Assembly (NCBI GenBank): GCA_020536535.1
Contig: JAHLWZ010000805.1
Coordinates: forward strand, 70,071 to 134,070
Direction: 5' to 3'
Source: Pelomyxa schiedti
Taxonomy: Eukaryota > Protista > Evosea
DNA: 64,000 bases
Below, piece by piece: positions 35,536-45,368 of the stretch. Both the position numbers and the translations under genes were made by a program. The notes below the pieces were generated by a model, which saw only the letters and a list, made by a program, of their open reading frames with translations, did not search any database and was not told the origin of the DNA. The stretch's first letter is position 1; every line of letters starts with the position of its first letter.

Positions 35536-37471
35536 CTAAGAGCCCAGTGTGCTCTCCTGGAATGAAAACCTGTTTTTGGGGTCAGCAAACACCAAAAAAA
35601 GAATGTAACTTGGGGATGTACCCAACAAATTGGTTTTGATCGGTAGCCTGTAAAACGACCGGTTTGTCATCAACGGAATCGCCTGTCTGTTTTGTGGGTT
35701 GGTAAAATCGTTTTTGTACGGGAGGGAAAATTCATAGACATACTGCTTGAGATGTAAAAGTCTCATCAATTTGGCTGACATCGGATGTTGTGTCTTTTAT
35801 TGGAGGTTTCCATGGTGGAGTAAGGCTGCGGTGGTACAAGGCATCCCAATCCATTCCAGCAAACCAAGGATGGGCTCTCACTTGCTTAGCAGAAAACCGT
35901 TTTTCTGGGTCTTGTTGCAGTAGCTTGGGGGAAAAAAGTCTAAGTGATAATTTGTTGTGGGTGCATTATTACCCCAGCAAGCAGAGATCTCGCGTCAGGA
36001 GTAACTTCAGAGGGATACTTAATATCGCCTGAGAGTATCCTCTGATACATTTGTGCATGATTGGGATTGTAGAACGGTGGCTTTTTAGTTGATACTGGCG
36101 TTAGATTTCTGTGAATAGAAAAAGGAAATTACTAATCCAGTAAGCATTTCAAAAATGAGTGTTCCCAAACTCCACCAATCTACAGGAGTTCCGTGCGGCT
36201 TCCCTTTCAGAACTTCCGGCGCTGTTTGGAGGTTTAACTTGTTGTGTTATCACTTTTAATGTAAACCAAGATATTCTGGAGTCCCACAAAAAGTGCTGGT
36301 TCCCGCTGTTGTTTGCAGTTGTTTGGACAAACCAAAATCGGTTATTCTGATTTCACCTGCGTTGAATGAGATTTGGGGAAGAAGGAGTCAAAAGGGGCTA
36401 AACCCTGGAAATCTATGAGAATATCTGCACAGTAAAATGTTTAGAATGGCAAACGAATTAGAAACTTCAGCACATACTTTCTGGTTTCAAATCTCTGAGT
36501 ACCGATTACATTGAAATTAGTGGTTGCATAGAGACAAATAACCATACCTGTAGACAATTCCCAGTGCGTGCAAGTGCTCCAGAGCAAGAGCGATTTCTCC
36601 AGCATACATCTTCACCCTTGGTTCCTCGAATTTGTTATCGTTCTTCAGATGGTAGAACAATTCTCCGCCATTGACAAAGTCCATGACCATATACAGTTTT
36701 TCTGGAGTCTACTTGAACAATTAAGTTGGGGAAAAAAAAAAGGAATGATACCTGAAATGCGTAATGTAATTTGACAATGAAAGGGTGCTCAATTTGTTGC
36801 ATGATAACTTTCTCAGACAGTGTGTGTGCAACCTTCACGATTGAGTAAGTCTCAGTTGTAAGCTTCCTATTTACCTGTTTTCTAGCAATGATTGCACTTT
36901 TCTTAAGAACTTTCATAGCGTAGATTTGATGATCATCTTTCTTTTCAACACGAAGCACCTAAAGGCGGGGTTAATTTCGGTGCACAGAAGCAAAGAAAAA
37001 GAACCTTTCCAAAGCTGCCCCGTCCAATTAAAGTCAGAATCTAACCAGAAAAGGAATTGTCAGAAAGGAAAACGAATGAAAGTTCCAACCACACACCGTG
37101 AAGTCTTCCTTGGTAACTTTCTGAGAAGTCTTGCTGAACAACATTCCAGCAGGTTTGTCTCCTAGAATCTGATCCAGCGGCCCGTACTCCGACTCATCAT
37201 AACCGTGCAAGTCGCCATCAGACGACGCGGTAGTTGCAGCGGCCGACGCAGTGCTCGTTGACGACGTCGTAGTGGCGGAAGCCGTAGGCGTCGCCGCCGG
37301 GTCGGCTGGCGTCGCAGCGGCGCCGTCGGCAGATGCGGCGCCCTTTTTGCCCTTCTTGGGCTTCTTGTCGCCCTTCTTCTTGCCGCCCTTTGTCGGTGTT
37401 GCTGCTGTTGGCGCTGTTGCGTCTACTGGTCCCCCTTTGTTCTTCCCCTTGTGGTGTTGTGCGTTACCCAT
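35536..37471 (-). CDS. AGC-family Ser/Thr kinase (PKB/SGK-like, no PH domain, predicted N-myristoylation)
   Basis: MGNAQ N-terminus; [27 protein letters not shown], activation loop [13 protein letters not shown], and C-terminal hydrophobic motif QFVGFSF. The architecture resembles Dictyostelium PKBR1. Confidence 0.9.
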
Positions 37472-37882
37472 GGGTGGGGCTTTTTCTTTTTTTTTTCTTT
37501 GTAAAGAGAGAGATCTTGGGGACAGGTGTCAAAGGAGTGACAATTTTTCCCCTCCAAGAACAAAGGGAGTGGAAGATGGGTTTTTTTTGTGGTTTGGCCC
37601 CCTTTTCCCTCTTTTCTCTGTTGTTGTGGGTGCTTTGGTGCGACGAAACCGAGGCTTCGGCTTGTTTTTTTTAGTTGTTTGGTTTTTTTTCGTCAGAGGT
37701 GCACTTCGCAGAATCTGGATCTTGGTTTATTTCTCTGAACAGAGGTCCAGACATTCGGTTCCCGATCCAACTCAGAGTTAACGCTTCATATCCGGCTGGA
37801 AGGTTTGCTCTGTGCACAACTGAGACAGAGGGTTCTGGGTTTTTTCCCATACTGAGATAAGGTTACACGAAACGACTCCAAA

Positions 37883-39616
37883 ATGCAAGACATACTGGAC
37901 GCGACGGGGGCGGCAGTGAAAGGTACATTCAATCAATCTCGTGCTACAAGTGACTGTGCCTTTACTCTGTTTTTTCACTGTATTTTGACCCTCTGTACCT
38001 TTTTTTTTTTGTTTGCAAGCCAACAAACACAAAACCAAAAAGGAGTTGTCAATGTTATTTCCTCGGTTACCCACACGAGCGGCGCCGATTCTTCTTCTCC
38101 CACAAGTAGTCCTTCCACAGAAGAGCGCAGCCGCGACATAAGGATGTGCGCAACCGACCTCGAAAACTCTGACGGGAGGCTCCAAGAGCTAATTGTGGCC
38201 ACGAAGCAGTTCGAGGTCCTCCTGGTCAAGACCCAGAAGGAAGGATTCGCCAAGATCGCCCAGATGGAAAAGGAGTACATGACATACCTCCAGACTCAGT
38301 TCAAGACCGTCACACTGCAATTCGACGCCGCGGTCAAAAAGCAGGCCGCGGAAGCCGCGAAGCAGCGCGAGAATCTCGAGCGCGTTCGCGCCGTCGTCCA
38401 CGCGTCCGCCGCGACGGCCGCGGCGATCTCGGCCCCGACGTGCGACGACGCGGCCGCCGACGAGGGCCTCAAGAACCTCAGGGCCGCGTTGGTGGAGTCA
38501 AAGTCCATCGACGTGATCAAATCCGCTGAGATGCTGCAGTCCCTGCCGCAAATCGTCACGCCGTCGAAGCCTGGTGAGGACTGGGTCAAGGCCATCAAAG
38601 ATTTGGGGACTATAGCCAACGTCACGAGGACAATCACGATCACGAACCGGCGCGGCGTCACCGTGCAGCAGATACTAGATTCAGTCCCTCAGCCTTGCGA
38701 TCTTCCGGCTGGGAACCCTGACACCCACGACGGCGGCGCCTGCTTCGACGCCGTGAGGAGGCAGGTCTTCTCCGTGCACGGAAACGTCAATTATGGGAGG
38801 GACGTTTTCGTATTATCTCTGGCCGACAATTCCTGCCAGCACCTTCCGGATTTGGTACCGTTCTCCACTCATGGGCAGTATCCAGTCTGGGACCATGGCA
38901 ACTTTGTTTATGTATTCGAGTGTGAGAGTGGAACATTCAACAGATGGGGCCGAATCAACTGTACCACTTTCGCATTTGAGGAGCTACCGTCAGCTAAATT
39001 CAGCTTCTGCAGGTTCTGCCAGTTTGTAGTCGATCCAACGAGGAGGGGCCTGCTGGTGATTGACAACGCGTTTTTCTTGCGCGAGTGTAACCTGGATACT
39101 TTGCAGTGGAGCGACAAGATTGGCAAAACATCACCCTTTGATGGAGAGGGCAAAGGCTTGTCATACTCTTTTGGTGCCGCCAGTCTCCTTGGGTGCTGGG
39201 GGCCTGGCTGTTTCCAAGTGAGTGCCATATATGGGAAAAGTGAACTTGCCGGTAAAATGGCTACCGTCGCGGTGACAAAAACTGGTGGTTCAGGCAAGCC
39301 CGCTGAATATTCAGTCGCCATAAATAACCTCCCTGGCATGGAGTCTGTTGGAACGTATAATATTACCCGCTGCAGAGTCACTACAGCGATTCCGGGCCTC
39401 CGAGGCCAGTTCATCCCAATAGTACAGGGAATTGCTTCTGACAGGAAATTCTATATCTGGGATCCCGAACAGAAGGCGGACAAGAAACTGTGGACACCCC
39501 TCTCATGGACCAGCACAAATGACGGTGCTCACACCTTCTGGGATGAGGACACAGGCCGTTTCTACTTCCAGACCAACGGCCAAAATACTTGGAATTTTGT
39601 GCAACTTAGGGTGTGA
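37883..39616 (+). CDS. Hypothetical coiled-coil plus beta-propeller-like protein
   Basis: Long open frame: a heptad-rich segment (ELIVATKQFEV...AAEAAKQRENLER) followed by repeated beta-strand units (VWDHGNFVYVF, VVDPTRRGLLVID, FWDEDTGRFYF). The true start is uncertain. Confidence 0.55.
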   Translation: MQDILDATGAAVKGTFNQSRATSDCAFTLFFHCILTLCTFFFLFASQQTQNQKGVVNVISSVTHTSGADSSSPTSSPSTEERSRDIRMCATDLENSDGRLQELIVATKQFEVLLVKTQKEGFAKIAQMEKEYMTYLQTQFKTVTLQFDAAVKKQAAEAAKQRENLERVRAVVHASAATAAAISAPTCDDAAADEGLKNLRAALVESKSIDVIKSAEMLQSLPQIVTPSKPGEDWVKAIKDLGTIANVTRTITITNRRGVTVQQILDSVPQPCDLPAGNPDTHDGGACFDAVRRQVFSVHGNVNYGRDVFVLSLADNSCQHLPDLVPFSTHGQYPVWDHGNFVYVFECESGTFNRWGRINCTTFAFEELPSAKFSFCRFCQFVVDPTRRGLLVIDNAFFLRECNLDTLQWSDKIGKTSPFDGEGKGLSYSFGAASLLGCWGPGCFQVSAIYGKSELAGKMATVAVTKTGGSGKPAEYSVAINNLPGMESVGTYNITRCRVTTAIPGLRGQFIPIVQGIASDRKFYIWDPEQKADKKLWTPLSWTSTNDGAHTFWDEDTGRFYFQTNGQNTWNFVQLRV

Positions 39617-39670
39617 GTCTGCAATAAGTAATTTTTTTTAATTCTCGGGAGTTTTTTTTGGTACATATGT

Positions 39671-40839
39671 TTAGAATCCGTCAAATGAGTTATTATTGAA
39701 CCACTATTGGTAGGATTAGAGGTGTGAAGGAACGAGAAAGGAACATACGGGGAATACGTCTTCGTCAGGGTTTGAAGGTTGGTTGTTACCTTCTTGTGTT
39801 GACAGTTGTGTTGGTGCCCGTTTCCTCTGAAAATACAAAAGTTAAATCATCACAAAGGGCGGAAATGCAAACCTCACAAGGTACCCATTTGAATAAAGTG
39901 AGATGGCCACATTTGACCCAACGTCTTTCCCACTGTAATTCCGTAAACATAAATTTAAATCATCACACCCCACCCCACCCCGGTCTATGAAGTAGTCGTT
40001 GCACACACCCTTTGGATAGAGATAGCTTTTGTTCCGTCGCCAGCCGGGTGGTATTCCACATCAAGAATCCCAGCCGAAATAGGTTCCTCAATGGAATTAG
40101 GCACTATACACAGCGGCGCTGCATCGTTGCCGTTATTATGGGTGTTGTTGTGGCTGCTGCTATTCACATTGGCTACATGTGCTAATGCCAGTGGTGGAGT
40201 GCGAGTAGTGCTTAAACTACATTGTGGGGAGACGGCATTAGCCGGTTGCTGTTGCTGCGTTGATGAACTTGTGTTCGTGGGCGTGGTGGTCGTTGACAAT
40301 GGGCTCCCTCGCGGCGTCTGTTTGTTTGATGCTCGTTTTGCTGCTGCTGCGGCTGCTGTTGCTGCTACTTTTATTAATACAGGCTGTGATGGATTCGGGA
40401 CTGCAGAGGAATGTGTATCATCCACAACACAGGTCTCCTCACCACTACTGTTACCACTGCTGCCTTTAGTTTTGGTTGTGCGTATGCTGATTTTGCTGTT
40501 GCTGTTTATAACACTATTAGTACAGCTTTGCGGGCGTCCCCCCTGCTGCAGTTGCTTTTCACATTTCGCAATCACGTCGCATCGCGGCAATTGCTGGCAT
40601 TGCAACTGAGACGGCGAGTGCGATTGCGATTGAGATGGAGATTGGGATTGAGGCTGAGGCTGCTGTCGCCTGTAGCGCTTTGTCGCGGGCTCCCTGGGCG
40701 TGATTGCGTCGGGCAGCCCGAGTCGGCGACTTGGGGGCGCAGACGCCGCCGCGTTGGTTGCGGCGGGGGGAACGTGCTGGAGCACGAGTTTGGCGGCGGC
40801 TCCCCCGTGTATGACGACGTGGGCGTGGCCAGACGACAT
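39671..40839 (-). CDS. Low-complexity protein with a BCL7-like motif near the C-terminus
   Basis: After a Q/S/T-rich exon, splicing gives ISIQR-WERRWVKCGHLTLFKWVP, resembling the BCL7 N-terminal motif [20 protein letters not shown]. Confidence 0.45.
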
Positions 40840-41173
40840 AAATAGTGGGCGACGAGAGGGTGGGTGGGTGGGGCGCTCGCGTGTGTTATGGGGTTTGGTA
40901 TTGGCGTTGGTATTGGCGGGCAACGGAGGGCAGTGCGTTTGTTTAATAAATATGCCACACTCGGACGTTGGTGCAACGACGTCTGGAGGGACGATTTGAT
41001 TGGAATTGGAATCAGAAAATCATCATCTGTATCAGGAGTGGGATCTCCTTTCCAGGCAGCACGAGTCACACGCCCTCGGGTGCATTGACCATCTCCCTTC
41101 GAGAGAACCTGCAGCGAGATCCCTCCCCATTCATCCAATCTAGAGAGTTGCGCCCCCCATACTCAGTTGTGGA

Positions 41174-42169
41174 ATGGCCTCGCAGTCACAGTCGCAGGAG
41201 GACAGCTCGGCCGAGTTCGAGTCCCCAGAAAGCCAACGTAGGAGGGAGCAGGAGAGGCAGCGGTCGCGTGCGCCGAGCGCGTACGATGCGATGAGGAGGG
41301 CGTGCTTCAACGAGGTGTTTGCGCCCGAAGTTTTGCCGTACAAGGTGGACGTAGTGCTTCCCCTAATTGAAAAAATCGGCCAGCTGGTGTGCACTCCGTT
41401 TTTTTTTTTTTTTTTTTGTGTACCTTCCCATCATTGTTGTTCTAAGTAATGAAGTGGTGTTGCTTGTCCACAAACTACTATTCATATAATAAAATATATT
41501 TAATTTAACCCAACCAAAAGGAAGATTTATGTAAAAATGTCAACGACCAAAGATTGTCAAGTGTTTATGAGCTAGATATTGAGCGAGCAAAGTATCTATT
41601 GTTGTTGTATCATAAGACCAGACTATTAAAGGCATGTAAATTCTCTTTCCGTGGTTTCTGTTTCCATCTTACACCCACACAAAAAAAGAAAGATTGAAAA
41701 ATTCTTCCTCCATTATAGTGTGCACAATGAAAACCTCTCCCCTGAGGAGGTGGCTTTTACGACACGGTTTGGTTTCAAGTTAAAATAACATGCTTTTGAG
41801 ATTCTTATCAAAATTAGATTTTGTACACTTGTGGATACACATTTGAACAAATCATTCTTGCAACACATAGGCCCCAATGCCGACCAGCTGTCTAATTTGG
41901 TAAAGCGTGCGTAACCATCTCTTCTCTCTATCCACTTCTGATGACTTTTTAGCGCCAACACCCAATCTAAATCACCACGTTTTTATCCATGTTTGTAAGT
42001 CTCTCTCTGCTCATATTGATGTTGGAGGGTATTGCCCCACCTTGAGCTTTACAATCAATTCTCAAACCGAAACAGGAAAGACATTCTTCTTATCCAAGGT
42101 GATATTCACGTTGTTCCCTACCACTGTATAGCCCACCTCCTATCAACTGAAGAAGTTGAGCTTATATAA
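41174..42169 (+). CDS. GINS4: GINS complex subunit Sld5
   Basis: Exons give ACFNEVFAPEVLPY, YELDIERAKYLLLLYHKTRLLK-IEKF, LSPEEVAF, PNLNHHVF and GDIHVVPYHCIAHLLSTEEVELI*. Confidence 0.85.
41632..41692 (+). other. GC-AG intron, 61 nt, in GINS4
   Basis: AAG|GCATGT...GAAAG|ATT; removal restores TRLLK-IEKF. No in-phase GT donor exists nearby. Confidence 0.75.
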
Positions 42170-42300
42170 CAAACAAACCAAGCGGTTTTTCCCTAAGAAA
42201 ATTCTCTGAGAGATGTTCCTTTTCCCATAAAAATTATCCCACAATTCTGCTCGCTACCTCGTCGAGGTATTTCCGAGACAAGGGAGGAGTTGGAGACTTC

Positions 42301-42510
42301 ATACCTTCTCGGCCTTTTGGCTAAGATCAAGTGTAGTATCTGTTCTTTTCAGCTTAATATCTGAAAGCTGCCCATTGGGTAGCATCGATATTAAACTTAT
42401 TTTTCGTGGGGTCGCCGGGGGCGTCCTCTTGGTGGTGGGGCTTGCTCCGCCGTCAAGTTGGGTGCCCTCCTGATTGCCCAGGCACTGCACTGCCGCCTCG
42501 TGTGGTCAGC
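42301..42510 (+). ncRNA. U2: U2 spliceosomal snRNA
   Basis: The 5' end ATACCTTCTCGGCCTTTTGGCTAAGATCAAGTGTAGTATCTGTTCTT matches the conserved U2 5' end, with branch-recognition GTAGTA at 42333-42338. An Sm-like ATTTTT follows, then a 3' stem-loop with a CTGCAC loop. The 3' end is approximate. Confidence 0.95.
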
Positions 42511-42631
42511 CCCACATTCCAAGAAAAAGAAAAACCACGGAATTTGATGATCACAACGGCAACGAAACGACACGAAAGGAGTGCACACTTGAACAAATTT
42601 ACACTCAACAAAGTGGGTCACAAACGAAGAA

Positions 42632-43906
42632 ATGAGTAAAGAGGCCACGGTGGTGCGGCAGGAGAAGATCGCCGGGGTTTTGGCGGTAATTGGGGTACCA
42701 ACGGTGGTGTGGTTTATATGGGGCGCTGTGAAATTCGGGCGCCGGAGGGCGCAGTTTGGGTCTGCCCCGGCGCAGCTGGAGGACTTCTGGATGGCCGTGG
42801 CGGCTATGTTGGTGATTATGGGACTGAGGACGGCCTTGTCGGTGTTCGTGACGAGGAGGGCTGCTGAGAGGTTTGTTGTAAAGCAGCCTGGCTGGGACGA
42901 AAACCAATTGGCGGAAAGGAGGGTATGAGTCTCTATTATGGGTTGTTATTGTGGTGCTAATTGTGTAATGGTATTTGGGTGAATTGGTTTCGTTTGATTT
43001 GAGATTGCTTAATAGCTGGAATAGGAAAAGTTCCAGCATTGTGTTTTTCAGTGTCTATTCTACACTGCTTCCACATTGTTTGGGTGGTGGACTTTGGTGG
43101 ATAAGTCTTGGGTCCCAGGGATTATCGTTCCTGGCGCAACTGGTGATGTGGACAATTGTTGGACGAACTTCTTTGATCAAGAAAATAATTTCCTGTTGGT
43201 AGGTAATTTGTCCTTTTCTTTGCCCAATCTCCATCATACAAGGTCCATGTGGTCGAGAGTTGCCCAAGTAATTTAATATTATCTAGGTGAGGTTGTACTA
43301 TATGATTTCTCTGGGATACTCAGCACAATCTCTGGTATACCTCATCCTACGTAAACACCGCCGTGATTTCCTGGAAATGGCTATTCATCACGCCTTGCAC
43401 AGTGGCCTCATTATTTATTCCTTCCTGCACGGATACATCAGAATCGGCACACTTGTTCTCGCAGTGCATGACATAAATGATATATTCATAGCTTCTTGCC
43501 GATCTCTGAGCGAGGCCGGCTACAAGAAGGTTCTACGAAGATGGCTTTTTATTACCAAATAACCCACCCCAAAAAGGCCGGCTTTGTATCTTTCTTCCTG
43601 CTGATAACATCATGGGTGTGGTTCCGGTTGTTCCTATTCCCAGCCTATATAATACACAATACCATGTTTGTGGCCTATGATCTAGTGCAGTTGGCGTTTC
43701 AAAAGAATAAAAGCCCTATCCAGAATGAGGGCTATGCATTGTTCAACTTCATGCTCTGTGGGCTTCTCGTTCTTCACTTCTTCTGGTTCTTCATGTTTCT
43801 CAGAATGGCCTACAACATGGTCAACAAACTCAATTGTGACGACGAGATCAACGTACCAAAGAACTCACAGCCGACAGAGCAACCCGAAACCAAAAAAACC
43901 AATTGA
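42632..43906 (+). CDS. LAG1/TLC-domain ceramide synthase
   Basis: Lag1 motif RRDFLEMAIHH...IGTLVLAVHDINDIF, plus WVWFRLFLFP and LLVLHFFWF; multi-TM. Confidence 0.9.
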
Positions 43907-44028
43907 CTTCAAACACCTATCAGGCACAAAAAAGAGACAGTGTTTGACTCTGGAAGTGAAAGTTTATTATTGTTTCACAAAATATTTTCATTTTGGCCCC
44001 TCTATTTGTTACCAACAAACATTTAATC

Positions 44029-44985
44029 TTAAAAAGGGTTGGAAGTATCAGCAGAAACGGCTGCATTGAGGTTGTCCCATGAAACAGAACAAGGGTACTC
44101 GCATGCATGTGTGGCAGCACACAACTTGGATGCTTCTACACAGTGCGTAAGGTGCAAGGAAAAAAATCTAGAGGGGAAGGTGAAGGAAAAGGTTACACAC
44201 TCTTGAGCCAAATTCTATCCTCCAGGTGGGGTGAGGCCACTATGGTTTTGAACTCAGAGTCGCTCAGCCGGGTCATCTCGCATTCAACAAACTTGAATTC
44301 CTGCCGAAATAGAGTGTTTGCAATCCCCTCTGCGGTTCGGCATGGCTGGGCCAATTCTGTGTGGCAGCATCGTTTGGGAAGCTTGTGGCCTGTCCCCATT
44401 CCAAGCACACCGGCGTGGAAGAATGCGTTGAAATCCTTGAACACTTGCTCTGTTTTTTTCTCTGGGTCTCCTGGTCTGTGAGTGGGTTTGCGTTTGTAAT
44501 TGGCACCATAAAAAGCATACACTAAGGCTGAGAATCTCATCAGGCAGCTTCCATTACAGACAATCTCTTCACCAGATAACTTCCATGTTCCTCTTGCTAA
44601 GGCACACAGGTAGGTGTTTCCATTCCTGTTAAACCTCAGATATCAGGGGAAAAAGGATGACTGTTTACGATTAAAGGAGTTGAACAATATAAAGAAATGT
44701 GGGTAATGGAGTGGGAAATGGTTGTAATGATATATCTTTATCATATATGAAAATGTTTTTCTTTATTTTATGTTTGCGGTTATTGCTGCCCCATAAGTAG
44801 ACTCACAAAAAAAAGACACACCAAGAGGAGCTCTCGAACATCTCAAAGTTCTTATCGGTGCCATCATCCCTTAGCACCAACAGAATCCCGTGGCTGCGGT
44901 CCCCCTTCTGCGAAACGTGCTTCCACGCACCGCCCCTTGAACCGGCGCCCCCCGTTGCCGATGCAGACGATTCGCTTCCTCCCAT
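44029..44985 (-). CDS. Hypothetical protein, possible N-myristoylation (MGGSESSA)
   Basis: Spliceable open exons run from ATG 44985 to the stop at 44029; no family recognised. Confidence 0.45.
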
Positions 44986-45368
44986 AACAGATAAACGTCG
45001 TATCACTTTCTGCTTTGTTTTTTTTCTTTTTCAATCTGCAGGTTTTGATGAGTGACAGGGTGGCCGGAAGTTTGTTGTGTCGATCACCCTTCCTTTCATG
45101 TCGAATAGATAGATCTGGAGTCAGTATATGTACCTCCTGTGGTGGATCTATCGCGGTTGAGTGCATCGTGAATGCAGAGGAGTAGCGGGAAGAAAACACG
45201 GGCTTTAAGCCCGCTTTGACAGGGTCCTGTCCACACTGAAACTAACACCGAAATTTCCTGGGGCAATGAAGTTGCTTTTTTCTGAATGTCACGCTGCATT
45301 TTGATCAACCTCCAAAAATTTGCGCAAGTGCTCTTTTGCTATTATCTTAATGCCTCCTGATCATCAGT

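Noticed and set aside
42299-42490. Minus-strand 63-aa ORF (MQCLGNQ...)
   Set aside because: It is the antisense shadow of the U2 snRNA gene.
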